Source of the DNA: Paragordius varius
Taxonomy: Eukaryota; Animalia; Nematomorpha
Assembly: GCA_964247055.1 (NCBI GenBank)
Contig: OZ176052.1
Location: 434,001 to 498,000, forward strand
DNA: 64,000 nt
Reading direction: 5' to 3'
Part shown: piece after piece, positions 1 through 14,401 of the stretch
Layout: each line of letters starts with the position of its first letter
Position numbering within the stretch: position 1 is the stretch's first letter
Position numbers and translations under genes: made by a program
The notes under the pieces: model-generated
What the model saw: the letters and a program-made list of their open reading frames with translations, nothing else
What the model was told of the DNA's origin: nothing
Databases searched by the model: none

Positions 1-1672
1 AAAAAAATAATAATATATTGTTATATTTTACAAACATTCAATTGTATTTGCAAAAGGGCTTCCAAAGTCAGTACAAAACGTTAAGGAACTTGGAGAAATA
101 TTGACAGGGAATTCATGGTGAACACTTGGCAGATAATTATTCGATGGAAAAAATAGCGCAAAATATAAAAACAACTATTTCGTGATAAGTTTGCATCCGA
201 AAATTAGAAATATTTCTTATGTATATACCTAAAAACATAATTACTTGTGGTAAAATAATAGAATAAGAGCGAATGGTTTCAACAATTTAAATTTAGATGC
301 CGCACTCACTTTTTTAAAAAATCTTTAATATTATAATAACATAGGTGCCATTGAGTTTGAGCGAAAAACTTGACAAGTGTTGTGTTATCACCGATCGTCA
401 AGTGTCTAGCTGGCTCATTATAGGAATTTTATAAATATTGATAATCGGAAATTTAAAGAAAATATTTTTTTCTTCCTAATAATTTTACTTTTTCAACCAC
501 GCTTGACTTTCAAGTACGTTTTTTATCACCCCACCTAAAATTTTAAAATAATTTAAATTTTTAAATGTGGGCTCCGAAAGTCTGAAATTTTTAGGCTTTT
601 CTAAAATGGGCTAATTTCCTAAAAATAAACGCAAAAATTCCGATACTGCGCTCTAAAAATAAATGTATGCTAAATTTTGAAATCAATTTAAAATATTAAT
701 AAAAAATGCAAGCATTTTCCCAAAATTGAATTAATAACAAAATTATGTTAAAGCGTTCACACTAGCCGTTATAAAAAGCAAGAATTTTAAGAGTTTAAAA
801 AACACTTTTTCTCCATATTGATGATACTGAACATTTCTATTACTTAACTTTGATTAAAATATCTTTCTGTAAGTTAAATATATATTGTGTTTTACAAAAT
901 CACCCAAATTTGAAAGCAAAACCTTTAAATAAAATCTGAAGCGATAAATGTTCAGTCTTATCGATTTAAATAGAAAAAGTGTTTTTATAATATAGCGTTT
1001 TTATACCGTTTCCATCATGCCTTAATTAACTTTTTGGAATACCAATTTTTCGGATGTTAAACTTTAGCTATTTAAAGGTTCTGTCACGCAATCTAGAACT
1101 AAGTTTTTTTCGTTTATTATAAGAGAACTAGACCATTTTAGAAGGGGCAAAATAGATATGGATTGGCCCACTTATGGATAATCTTAAAAAATTTATTAAA
1201 TTTTTATTAACAATTGCAAATTCAATGGCTAAAAAGTTAATACACAAAAAATTAATTATTATGGCAATTAAAGAACAATAAGAATATTACAAGGAAATGC
1301 CTCATGAACATAACATTTAATAATTTAAAATAAACATAGCGAAAAAATAAAAAATTTATGAGTTTATAAATAAATACTGTAAGAAATTCACGATAATAAA
1401 AATGGTGGCAGCATTGTTGCAAAATATGTAGGGCCATGTAAATGAGCCGGGTAACAGGCGCATTAAAAACGGATATCTAGGGAATTATAAAGTATTTTTG
1501 GGTCTGAAAACTGTGTTATCTTAATTAAAGTAAATTTAAAATGTGTATGGTATGTTATGGAATATTTGAACATGTATTAATAATTATTTTTCAAACAAGC
1601 GTGCAATGGTAGATATAATTTTTTGTTTACAATTTATATTTTAAGCCTTAAATAAAAATTTAAGTTAATGTA

Positions 1673-1971
1673 CCATTTGCGAATGCACCCTTAAACAATT
1701 CAAATTGCCCTTCGAACAATTTAAATTTACCCTAAAAATGAATTATGTGTTTTTAAACTATAATATAATTATTATTAATATGAAATATATCTTTATGGCA
1801 TAGTTTATTTTTTTTCAATATTATTTTAATTTCAAACATAATTTCATTTTTCAAAATTTGTATAAAATATAGGTAAATTTTAATCTTAAACAACATATAA
1901 TTTATTTAAGGGTGTATTTGAATTGTTCAAGGGTGAATTTGAATTGTTTAAGGGTGAATTTGAATAAATGG
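1673..1971. mobile_element. Short MITE with CCATTT termini, TA flanks and subterminal TTCACCCT/AGGGTGAA repeats
   Basis: TA|CCATTTGC...ATAAATGG|TA; similar copies at 46596-46868 and 54723-54995, partial copies near 28499-29195 and 30300-30390. Confidence 0.7.
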
Positions 1972-2679
1972 TATATTTAAAAAAACATTCTAACCCTGTG
2001 AAATTTGAATTAACAGATAAACAGGTATTCAAAAATGCCTATCAGAGAACGTTGTAAAAATACTTTCAATCTTTATTCATGGGTATAATTTTATCGGATG
2101 AATATTTAACAATTTCATTATCAATTCAGAAACAGGGCTCTCATCTATATTTTTTAAACAAGTTATGAATTGTGTAAATTTTTAGGTTTGCTAGTGCTTT
2201 TGGCTGTAATGAGAGCATAAGCCTCGCAACTGAGGAGAGAATATATAATATATATGAAACTCTTGAATAATATATATATCATTTATTTTATATTTATAAT
2301 CTATATATTTATTATATTCAGCAAATATTCTTGTTTTGTTGGGATTCTGGAAAAATTTAATACTGGTGTTAATGGAGTTAAATGAAGAACCTAAAAATTA
2401 TATTTTATCTGGATCCTGACGATGTTTTGAGCAAATTATACGACTGTTATTGAAGTATCAATCATTAGCAGGTTTTCAGAACAATATGATAAAATACCTA
2501 TTATGTATAATAATAATGATATTAATCTCTTGAAAAATGATTTGTGATAGTATAATAAATTAGAGTTATTATGCGTAAATGAGTCGATTTTTTAGACCAT
2601 TCATGTGACGCGTAGTGTTTGTAAAATAATTTTAAAATACATAAACTATAATAAAGCGTTGTAAATGTGCGAATAGTAT

Positions 2680-3005
2680 CAATTGGTTGGATATTGTCAA
2701 TAATTTAAACCGCTCATAAACATGTGATACATGTCGCAAGAAGGTTTGATTTTATTGGTGAAAATTGATTTCTTGAGTAGTGCTGGGTAACGAAAATTGA
2801 TTTTGTCAAAAAGAATATCATTTTTTGAATACTAGGAACCGATGTTCCCTACGACAACTGAGATGACCTGGGTATTGTTGCTATAGGTTTCTTGTAATTG
2901 ATAAGCCATACAGCTATGCTTCATTACTTTATTGTTAAAAGCCGTTTCGAACGATTTTAGCCTGTTATCAAACGGCACTGTGGAATAGATGATAAAGCAA
3001 TCATT
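2680..3005 (-). pseudogene. Utopia/NeSL-like REL-domain fragment (lineage C), inverted arm
   Basis: Reverse complement aligns with about 3255-3590 (e.g. acagtgccgtttga, tcgttcgaaacggc, cacatgtttatgagcgg). Confidence 0.8.
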
Positions 3006-3009
3006 TTCT

Positions 3010-3600
3010 CTACCAAGCGCGGTTCAATATCCTACCAAAGAAAATGCGCGACACTGAGGATCGTCTGAACAAATATGCCGTCGATGTGCCAAGCAAACGT
3101 TTTAACCATTGCCTCAAAGATAATAATACAGTAGTCAAAAATCTCAAGATCATAGTCAACCAGATAAAAGACAATTTCTCATCAAATTTTAAGGTCTTAA
3201 GTGAGAAGCAAATTATTGATTCGTCCAGACTACGCCCTGACTTCATTGTAACAAATGGCACTGATTGCTATATCATTGATCCTACAGTGCCGTTTGAAAA
3301 CAGGCTAGAATCGTTCGAAACGGCATTCAATAATAAAATAATGAAGTATAGCTGTATGGCTCAACAATTACAGGAAACATACAGCAACACCCAAGTCATT
3401 CCAGTTGTTGTAGGGAGCCTCGGCTCATGGTATTCGAAAAACGATGTTCTTTTTGAGAAGATCAGGTTCCGATGCCCTACCCAACTAAAGAAATCAATAG
3501 TTACCAATACTATCAAATCATCCTCGGATATGTACCACATGTTTATGAGCGGTCGAAATTCCCTCATAGATAACAACCTAACAAATGCATTTTATTATTT
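3010..3600 (+). mobile_element. 5'-truncated NeSL/Utopia-like element, REL endonuclease C-terminus (lineage C)
   Basis: ORF 3044-3670: NHC, RPDFIV, IIDPTVPFE, KIMKY, IPVVVGSLGSW, matching the REL motifs of the 964-aa ORF. Confidence 0.85.
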
Positions 3601-4692
3601 TTATTTAAAAATATATATATACATTTGTTATATAAATAAATTAATATTTTCTCTAACTGTTTCCATTTAACTTTCCCATGCCCAACATTGTTGCCTAGCA
3701 TATTTCTTCAAACTTAATAAAAATGTTGAGAAAAATTTTAAAGTTAAGTTAAAATGATATGGTGTATGTTTAGAAACTCTTAACAAATTTGTAATGTGTA
3801 TCGATATCAGGAAATTTCCTATCATACCAAACCAATTCTCCAAAAAATAACAAATTAGTATGTAATAAAAAATATTTTATCAAAATGACAAATATACTTG
3901 AGTTAATAAACAAGTAAACAAGTAAAGGGTGTAGCGTCGGAAGATCGTCGGCCACCTGCCGTCAAGGCAATCCCTACCCACCCGTAATGCATTGAGCTTC
4001 AGAGCGGGGAAACACATCGGAGGTTGGGGTTGACGTTAGTATCTACATACATAAATAAAAGCCTTCATGTTAGATGTGTTAATGGGAGTTAGTATAGTTA
4101 ATAAGCTATATATATACATATATTAAAAGAAATGTTAATATCGCCTTGTTAGGTAAATAAAAGCAATATTTGAGTTTAAATAACCGTACAAACAGGGTTT
4201 GATTACTCCATAAAGTAATGTCAAAGGTCTATATTGGATCAAATGTAGAGTTAATTAAGCTCTTATCTTTGGTGTGGAAGGGGGTCTTCTTTTGCTTCTA
4301 AATGAGTGTGGCCTTTAAGGTAGACCAATTTTGGAGATCTTAGACATTACAAGCGTCAACGTTACCCCTTCGTGCGACCATGTTTCAGTTGTACCTTCAA
4401 CTGGGACGCTAACCCGGGATAAGTGGTCGTTGACCTTGCTCTGAGGTAAGACTCAACTCCGACCAACAAAATGTCGGAGATTGGTAACCAGCCCTGCTCA
4501 AATATCAGCGGCTCCAACATTGCTTCCCAGGACGTCGTCCCACAATAATTGGTTAATAGTCTACTCAGAGTCGCGTCTTGCATGCTTTATACATTCAGTG
4601 GTACATTTTGTTCGTGGGATATCTGTGGGAAGCAGTCTATATTCTTAACTATCTGTATAGGTGTTTACCATTAACAGATTTTGTTTTAAATA

Positions 4693-5030
4693 TTACATCA
4701 ATACTAACTGACTTTAACAGAGCGTTGTAAAATAAAAATTTATACCTTAATTACATGAATACTAACTGACATTAACAGAGCGTTGTGAAATAAAAATTTA
4801 TACCTTAATTACATCAATACTGACATTAACAAAGCGTTGTAAAATAAAAATGTATACCTTAATTACATGAATACTAACTGACATTAACAGAGCGTTGTGA
4901 AATAAAAATTTATACCTTAATTACATCAATACTGACATTAACAAAGCGTTTTAAAATAAAAATTTATACCTTAATTACATCAATATTAACTGACATTAAC
5001 AGAGCGTTGTAAAATAAAATTCATACCTTA
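4693..5030. repeat. Minisatellite, six units of 54-58 bp
   Basis: Unit ttacatcaatactaactgacattaacagagcgttgtaaaataaaaatttataccttaa; lengths 58,58,54,58,54,56. Confidence 0.95.
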
Positions 5031-6059
5031 TCCAGCAGTGGGAATTAACCTTAAAATAATACCGACTTCGCAATAGTATCATTCAATCTGGAGCATATCC
5101 GGTTCAAATAAAAGTTGAATATTGGTAATCAGCCCTCAAAAATCAGCGGTTCCGATGTCATCGTCATATAGCAGGGAGTTTTGCGTTGGTTTTCAACGGG
5201 ATAGGATTAGTAACTCTGGTGCGTTTCCTCTTGCCAAGAGCCTAAAAGTGATCGAGGTTTTCGGGGTATAATCGTAATCGCGTTCATCAGCGCAGCTTCA
5301 AGAGCTCAGTTGGCCACAATTATTGAAGTTTTTTCGGTAAGTTTTAAAGATCGGGGTCATTAAGGTTACGGTCATTGTTCGATTCTAGCCTGGAGAGGAT
5401 GTTGCGTCAGCCGGTGCCATACATCAAAAAGTCCACTTGAGTTAATAATGAATAAGTTGTAATATGAAAATGGTATAACAATGATGTTCGGAGAAAAATT
5501 ATTACAATTAATCAAAATCTAAGTGCTATTACAAATTTAATGCTTAAAATCTTTATGACAATTGAAAAAACAGATACGTTATAAAGTGCATGATAAAAAT
5601 ATATTAATAAATCTGCAAAAAAATTTAATATATAAATACTAAAAAAATGCGCGAAAATAAAATGGTGGGTAGTAAGTAGTGTTTGTAAAATAAATTTATA
5701 ATTAGAACACGAAAATAAAATCAGGATGAAGCTTTGTAAAAATCCGAATAGTATAAATGAACACCTCGATTCGAATTGGGATATAGAGTAACTTTATTCT
5801 ATATTTAGGTTAATGTTTAAAAAAATACTGAGGGAAAAGGTTCCATTTGTTGAAGAAAATTTAGTTTTGAAAAAAAAATTTCATATTAAACTCCTCAAAT
5901 TTTTATATTACAAAATTTTTGCAAAATATTAAGTTGTTTTTAAATTTAATAAACCACAAACTAAAATATATTCTGAAAGTATTTTATTTTGCAATATTTT
6001 GGTAATTATATGCGCACATGTCAAGTTTTATACATAAAATTAGTATCAAGTTTTTCAAT

Positions 6060-7099
6060 GGGTGGGGTGATAAAAAAGTCGCACTTGACTTGTAAGCCAA
6101 GCTTGGCAAGTTGAGCAAGATTACTTAAGCCAGCAAGTGTACACTTGAAGATCGGTAATAAAAAAAACACTTAAGTCAAGTCTTTTGCTTATGAATGTAA
6201 CAGTTTTTTGACACCCAATTCGAATTTTATGGAAATTCTTTTGATCATTTTCAGCTTAAATTTATGAAATAAGGCATAAAAAGATAAACAATAAATACAA
6301 TATGCATTTATTGAAGTTTTTCAAACTCACTGGCAAGTATCCTATATAATATTATAGAGTTTTCTAAATTGTGAGCCTGGTAATAATTTTTAGATTGATG
6401 AAACCATTCGCCCTTAAAACACTTTCCATTATTTTACCACACTACTTATTTTGTTTGGAGTCCAGTTGCAAATATAATGGGAAGATGTTTATACAATATA
6501 ACATATTATTTTTAATTGATTATAAACATTACATTCGAAATAAATTTATGATGAAATAAATTCTTTACATTGGATAAAAGTGAAGTTTTGCTTTTAATAA
6601 ACGAAGATTTGAAATTTTACAAGATTAATATTTAATTATTAATTTTAAGAAATTTTCGAGAATCCAATTTTTTTGCGGTCACGGAATTGATATATTTAGC
6701 ATATTTTTATGTGCCATGTTATTTTATATTAGCAGAGTTTTTCTATAAATTTATCCTCTTTTGTATCCACCCATTGAATAGATTAATTAGCCAAAATTTA
6801 TCAAATTAACATTTTATAGCATTAATAAAGGTTTGAATTACATATAAAACCTAAATTTTGTATATAAATAGATTCCAAAATAATTTTATCCATATTTTTA
6901 AATCTGTCAAGTGTGCCCTACACCACACTTGCAAAATCTTTAAGTTTTACTTGAACATATGATTTTTTATCACCTCCTTATCAAGTTTTCTTGCTTGACT
7001 TAAGTCTTGTAATGTTAATTTTTTTTTATCACATGAAAGCAAGCCATGACTTGAAAAACTTGCAAGTCAGGTCAAAAAAAATTTTTTATCACCCGACCC
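6060..7099. mobile_element. About 1-kb non-autonomous DNA transposon, PIF/Harbinger-like
   Basis: TIR GGGTGGGGTGATAAAAAA / TTTTTTATCACCCGACCC; flanks AAT|...|AAT (3-bp TSD); superfamily inferred from TSD size and GGG ends. Confidence 0.7.
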
Positions 7100-7590
7100 A
7101 ATGATTCTTTCATATTTTGGTTTATCAATTATATAAGTGGACACTTTTGATATATTTTCATGTTTTACCGTATTTGTAAAATATTTAATTTGACAGGCCT
7201 GGGGTGACCAATGACCCCAAAATCGAGGGAATAAAATTGATGTGTTATATCCGAATGTTAAATGGGCTCATTTTAGAAGGTTTAAAACTTTAGCCCATAA
7301 CTATTATTTATAAAATATGGTTTTGTTATATAATATATTATATTAACTTATTTCACAATGAAGATTTTTCCGAAATATTTAGAAATACGCAAATTGTGTT
7401 ATTTACTCATAATTTAATCACTCGTAAGAGCCAAAACCAAAAGACCATATGCTGATACAATTTCTATCAAAATCATATATTTTCATCCGGATATTGTTAC
7501 CCCTAATTTTGTGTGCAGTTTATGGTTAAATAATGTTAAAAGTTAATAAGAAGATTTTATGTATAGCAGAAAATAATTGATATTTTTGTT

Positions 7591-8781
7591 TAGTTGGGTG
7601 ATAAAAAAATTTTTTTGACTTGACTTGCGAGTTTTTCAAGTCATGGTTTGCTTTCATGTGATAAAAAAAATTAATAGACGACAACAGAAAACTTGATTCG
7701 GAGGTGATAAAAATCACATGATCAAGTAAAACTTAAAGATTTTGCAAGTGTGGTGTTGAGCACACTTGACAGATTTAAAAATATGGATAAAATTATTTAT
7801 GCAAAAAATTTAATATGTAATTCAAACCTTTGTTAATGCTATAAATTGTTAATTTAATAAATTTTGGCTAATTAACTTCATTGGGAGGATACAAAAGGGG
7901 ATAAATTTATAGAAAAACTCTGCTAGTATTTAAGAACATGGCATATAAAATATGCTAAATATATGAATTCCGTGAACGCAAAAAAATTTTATTCTCTTCT
8001 TAAAATTAATAATTAACACATGGATACAACACATTTATTTTAGTCCTTCGATTCAAATTGGGTTAGTTTAATACCCCCTGTTTAAAATTAAATTCTTAAA
8101 AAAATATGGAACTTTTATAACATTTAAATATTTTGGCATATCTATATAATTTTGATTAGGATAGAAGCATAAATTTAAATTGGGACCGTTTCACTAGTTT
8201 TTTAAAAATCCTAACTCAAATTCAGTCTGGGGTATTTAGACCCAATTTAAATCGAAGTCTTTTATTAAACGCTAAAGGTTATTTCACTATCAACTAATGT
8301 AAAGAATTTATTTCATCATAAATTTATTTCGAATGTAAGGTTGATAATCAAAAATAATATGTTATATTGTAATAAACATTTCCCAATTATATTTGCAAAT
8401 GGACTCCAAACAAAATGAGTAGTGTGTGTAAAATAATGGAAAGTGTTTCAAGGGCGAACGGTTTCATCAATCTAAAATTTACCGGGCTCAATATTCAAAA
8501 AACTCTATAATATTAAATAAGATACCTGCCAATGAGTTTAAAAAAATTCAATAAATGCATATTGTATTAATTGTTTATCTTTTTGTGCCTTATTCCATAA
8601 ATTTTGGATGAAAATGATAAATAATTTCCGTAAAATGGGTGAAAAAATGTTACATTTATAAGCAAAAGACTTGGCTTAAATGTTATCACTGATCTTCAAG
8701 TGTACACTTGCTGGCTTAAGTAATCTTGATCAACTTGCCACGCTTGGCTTACAAGTCAGGTTCGACTTTATCACCCCACCC
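7591..8781. mobile_element. Second copy of the 6060-7099 element, opposite orientation, with a nested TTAA-MITE remnant (about 8013-8258)
   Basis: Ends agttgggtgataaaaaaa...tttatcaccccaccc; internal sequence is the reverse complement of 6060-7099. Confidence 0.7.
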
Positions 8782-8866
8782 ATTGTTTATAAAAGCCTCA
8801 ACTTGATTCATTTATATGATAATTTATATGAACTCATTAACATTGTATTACACAGCGACTAAAAAT

Positions 8867-8867
<1 letters not shown>

Positions 8868-8908
<41 letters not shown>
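8868..8908. repeat. (TA)n microsatellite
   Basis: Direct reading. Confidence 0.95.
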
Positions 8909-8911
<3 letters not shown>

Positions 8912-9939
8912 AAAAAAAAAAGTATTAGAATTATTATAGTGCTTTTGGTTTAGTCTTTACGAGGGTTTAAGAAAGTTATTTAAACTTTTGTAGCACGTGC
9001 TCCATAAATGGCAAAATTTGCACACATTTTTTAATAAAATCTTTTTGATGAAAGGTAAAGGCTTCCAAAAAATATTACTAAAATATATTATAAACTGCAT
9101 ATGAAAAACTTAAAAAACATTTTAAATTTATATCCAAATCCCTATTTTTTTTCATTTCTAAAATGGGCTAATCCTCTTAAAATATACGCAAAAATGGCAT
9201 TGTGAAATAAAAATTTTAAACATATTATCTAAATGATATCAACTAAAATTTTTTAAAAAAAAATGCTTACTCAAATCTTTTTAAATTTTGTTTAAGGGTA
9301 CTTCAAACGATTTTGAGGTATGATGGAAACGGATTAAAAACGATTTAAGACTTTATAAAAACACCTCTATATAATTGGATGGAGTCCATCTTTGTATAAA
9401 AATTCGTTGGTTTTCATATTCATATTAAATATAAATTGTGGTTTTTTACAATATGCACCAAAATCTGAGGAAAACAATTTAAAATCAAATTCTGAAGCCA
9501 TAAAAATGTTTAGCATGATTAAATTATAAAAAATGTATTTTTGAATCCTAAAGAGTTTTAAAACCGTTTTCATCAAGATTCAAAATAGTATGAAGTAATC
9601 TGCAACAAAATTTTGATAAAATTATTTTTGAAAAATGAATATTTTTAAAAATTTTTAATTGATATTAAAATTTTGCATATATTTATAATTATTATCGTAC
9701 TCTCCCTAGCCATTTTTGTGTCTGTTTTAAGGGGACTGGCCTATTTTGATGTTTTAATTTTTTATGTAGTTTATGATATTCATATTTTTTGGAATGAAGC
9801 CCACACCTTTTAGCAAAAAATTTATATTAAAAAATGAATTTTTTAAAAAATAAATATATATTTGATCGGTATAATAGGTTTCTTGGTTGGGTTAGGTTGT
9901 TTGAAGAAGATAAGGTTAACGATTTAAAATAAAGTATAC

Positions 9940-11900
9940 CCAAAATACACCTGCAGGTGGGCTCTCCTAACCCTACAAGAAGAGACTAAGGAGCTAGAAA
10001 TCCTTAAAAAATCCATCCAAATAAGCATTTCTTGGGCAACAACAACAGTAAATGTACCAAAACGGTATGGTCAAATACGGATATGTGGGGATTTCATCGG
10101 TATTAATCCTCATTTGCCCAATTCCGATGTCATTTCAAATTTTGATATGTTACTCGACGGTTTTTATATCATTAGACATGAAAGATGCTTGCAACAACAA
10201 GTTTGGCTTCTTTCTAACGACTTCTGTTTGGATTAGTTACTGCACCTCATATATTACAACGGATGATGAATAATTTGATTGGTAGGTATATGCATCTATT
10301 TGGGTATAATCAAGAACTAAAACCAGGTATGATGCAACATTGACCGAGGTATGACGATTGAACAGGGTTCAATCTGAGCAGAAAATTGCAACTTGCCGTT
10401 CCATTGGTCAATTACATGCTGTATGAAATTTTTAAAGAATGGAATTCGTCCCACTGATAAAATTCAAGCTTTTATCAAATATCCGAACCCAGTACTTAAA
10501 CAGAATTTAGATCATTTTTAAAACCGCTAAACTTTGGTGAAATATGTATACCAATCCATTAAGCGATATTAAACCTTCACAAAAACACCGGTTCAACTAA
10601 ACCATGAAACAGGACCGATGTGGAAGAAGAGGTTTCACTCAGCAAAACTACTAAGAGTAATTTTCAATACAAAACCCTATAACCCAAAGCCTATAATAGA
10701 AACAAATGCATCCAACAAAGGGTTTGGAGCGATTTTACTACATGTTACCCCTGCGGGAAATCGTTCCATATCATACGATTCAACATTTGGTCGAAACTCG
10801 ATTTTATTGAATATTAACACTATTAGATGGTATAAAACATCGGGATACGATTTTGAAATATAAGAAAGGGCAAAAACAATTTAGCTGACGACTTATCCTA
10901 TAATATAACAATGATGCCATTACTGTGCTAAACAAAGACGATGAAGTGTCACACGCGGTAAAATTTTAACTATAAAAAAATTAACCTAAGTATGGAATTA
11001 GTTGAAAATATTGGATCCACTTGGAAACAAAAATCAGCAGTATGGACAAATATGATTGGAGTGATTCAAATATCATGAATTCCTTAAAAAAACTTTAAAC
11101 CAAATATACTATCTTTTATTTGTGAATGATAGATTACTAATACCGACACACTTGCAGCGGGGCGTAATGTAATTCTTACACACTCCTGACGGATAGCGAT
11201 TAATTATTTCGTTTATTGGCCATGCTTAGAAACAAGAAAATTTTTTAGAATCATGTCAACCGTGTAAAAAGAACAACCACAATATAAAAGAAAATCCTAC
11301 GTGGAAATGGAACTCAATACCGCGTTGTGGGAGAGATTTCCCTTGACATAGCCGAACCCATGGACGACTATTTTTGGTTACTCACGATTAGTGCTTTCAG
11401 ATAAATTGAACTGGATTTACTAAAATCAATATCACAACTAATTTTGAATTGCCTAGAAATATGGCGAGATTTGGGTCTTCTTGTGATAAGGGGACATACT
11501 TTACATCCATGAATTTGTACGTTACTTATTCTTAATATAAAACATATTTTAGTGAGTCTAAATCGAATGGATTGGTTGTATGATGTAGTGCCTGCAAAAC
11601 TGAGAGCATGTATGGACACGGAGCAATGAACACAATTTATAGGGATATCGATACACAGTGCAATTATGAATACACAAAAAGTCTTTCTCATAAGACACCC
11701 CAATGGCATAATATCATGGCTCAAATCCGAGTTCATAAATAAATAAAACAGACTCGCCAATTTGTTTAAAGGCATGTTCTTATAAAAAATAATAGAAGGA
11801 TGGAGATCAGAGAAGTAGAACGGAGGGGTTCATTGTGCTATATTGTAAAGGACAAAACTGACAGTGTCCTAATCATTTGAACAAAAAATGGAAGGCATTT
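9940..11900 (+). pseudogene. Decayed Ty3/Gypsy pol (RT, RNase H and integrase remnants)
   Basis: SWATTTVNVPKRYGQIRICGDF (RT); IIETNASNKGFGAILLH and RWYKTSGYDFEI (RNase H); WERFPLDIAEP (integrase-like); many stops and frameshifts; no LTRs recognised. Confidence 0.75.
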
Positions 11901-14401
11901 ATATCAAAAGAAATTACCTTTATCCCACAAGATCTAAAAGCCGCAAACAATGACATAAAATCAACGACGATAGACACACCAACACATGATAGCAGCTAAG
12001 TACGGCACCGAGTTTAACACATATATCCAAATAACCACAATGTCAACAAAAACCACCCGATCGTTGTATATCATAACATAATTCTAATTCAATTAATTGC
12101 CAATTATCTATTCAAAAATATATAAATACATCTGTAGAGCCACAAAGCACTTAGTTATAATTTAACTCAATTCAATATAATAAATTTATAATCAAAATAT
12201 AGACGATTATAATCAAACTCAACGAATTTAGAAGTCAAATTCTGCAAAAAAACAAGATTTTTAAATAAAGAAAAAGAATGTTTGATATTAAAATTAAACC
12301 AAAACAACTTTCATATCAGTAGTTTTTTCAAATAAATTCCTCGTTTTTTGAAACAATAAAACGTGACATTGCACTAGTTATTATGTTTGGAGCCCTAGAA
12401 AATTTGGCATAAAATATATATTGATTTTTTTTATAAAACACTTGGATGCAGCACATTCATTTAAGTCCTTCGTTGGGGTAGTAACCCCTGGCCTAAATAT
12501 TAAAAAAAAATGAACTTACACACATGGATAAACCAAAATATAAAAAATTTATTTAAAAAACTTGATAATACTTATTTCATATATACCGTAATGTGCAAAA
12601 CAAAATACTTTTTCTACTTTTAATCTAGATATATTTTAATAAAAATAACTTTCATTTTAGCCATAGAACCAAATATACTCAATATTTAAATTTTGATTTT
12701 GTTTTTCTTACTAAACTTTATTTTTTATTTTCTAATTTCAATCATTTTACAAATAAACACCATTTTATATTATCTTGCATTTCTTTCACTATTCACGTGT
12801 GCGAGTTTTTAAAACTTGTATTTTACCTTGTGGTATCTATCGTGTTGTCAGCTGACGACAAAACCACATGGCCTTTGAAATCCGGCGATTCGGTCAAGAT
12901 CGTCTGCCTTATACATTTTTTATTTATAATTTAGGAATATGAATGACTCAATTTGTAATGAGTGCAATCTGAAGATGATGAAGTTTTACAGTAACTCGGA
13001 AAAGAATCCTTTTATAATAAAAGTAAAGCTCTTTTTATACTAAATTTATATTTTTTATTTAGGTTTTTGTCTATCGATATTATCGTTAACGTTTTATTCA
13101 ATTAAAACCAACAACGGCTGAATTAATATCAAACCTTTGATCCATTAATCAAACAATATCCTTTCCAAAAGGCAGCTCATTATGTACAGTATTTTTTTAA
13201 TTCCTTCTTTTGATATATTAATCAAATTTAATAACACTATTTTACAGTAAATAAATATTAAAACATAATAATATTGTATATCTATATATATTATGCAAAT
13301 ATTTGCAATCATAAAATTGGAAAAAGTTTTAAAAGGGTTTTTTCCCAATATTATGACGGCCACAGGACGACCCTTACCGTCTTCTTACGCTTTTAAACGC
13401 CTTAGTGCAGGAGGGATTAGCATATAATTCTTAACGGATTCTAATAACATCCAATGAATTGTATAATACTAAATTTCTGATAAGCAAAAATGTGTAAATA
13501 ATTATAAAATGCGCAAACTAATAACGATATATGATAAAAACACGATGATTTAAAACCTATAATTGGTTACATTTTTATATTATATCCCAATACCTTAAAT
13601 ATGTTTGTCATTTAGACATAATCTCCATAATGTTATTTGGAGCCGCCTCTTATTGAAATCATTTAAAAAAATTTATAAAAACAAAAATAACATATTCGTT
13701 AAATCACGACATTCCTTTTTTAATTTCAATATTTTATTGTAACAATTCACCCGATAGGGATATAGGCAAGTTTAAAAATGCCTCTCCGAAATTTCCAGAA
13801 ATAAGGTTATTTGGGACCTCTTTAGAGGTAGTATTGATATTAAGCTGAAAAGCACAATTCAATTTATTTAACACACCATTACCTTTTGGGGTTGTTTCTA
13901 TCCCAGAGCATTTGTTTTTGAATATCCTAAAAGTAATTAAAATATTAAGCTAATGCTTTCTTTAATCTTTTAAGCGCATTCAAAAATTTTATACAATGTA
14001 AAATAGTAAAAAAAATTGTCTCAATTATGCCGCTAATTTTTCCAATAATTTTTTAATCGCCAATGTAACAATGGTTAGAAAAAATATTTAACTTTAAAAA
14101 GTTTCAGGCTACATTTTACCATCAAATACTTTATCTATATTATATCAATTGTTCGTTTATAAAGTGTTTTGGAGGCGTCCAGATTTTAGACTCTAGAAGT
14201 CACAAAACTGTAAAATACAAGCTTTTTATCTAATACATGAATTAATTTAATTTTAACTAAAATAACTTTCAAAGCCGTAATATATCAAAATCAAGCTCTG
14301 GGATATAAACTAGCCCAAAATTTAAAATAGGACCAAAAAGTCAAAAGTTAATTTTGTGATTTGTGTGTTATTACATTAATTTATTATATGGATGAGATGT
14401 A

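Noticed and set aside
4362-4583. 73-aa ORF as a gene
   Set aside because: No recognisable domain; probably TE debris
4693-5030. CRISPR-like array
   Set aside because: Contiguous tandem units with no unique spacers, no cas genes, and a eukaryotic context
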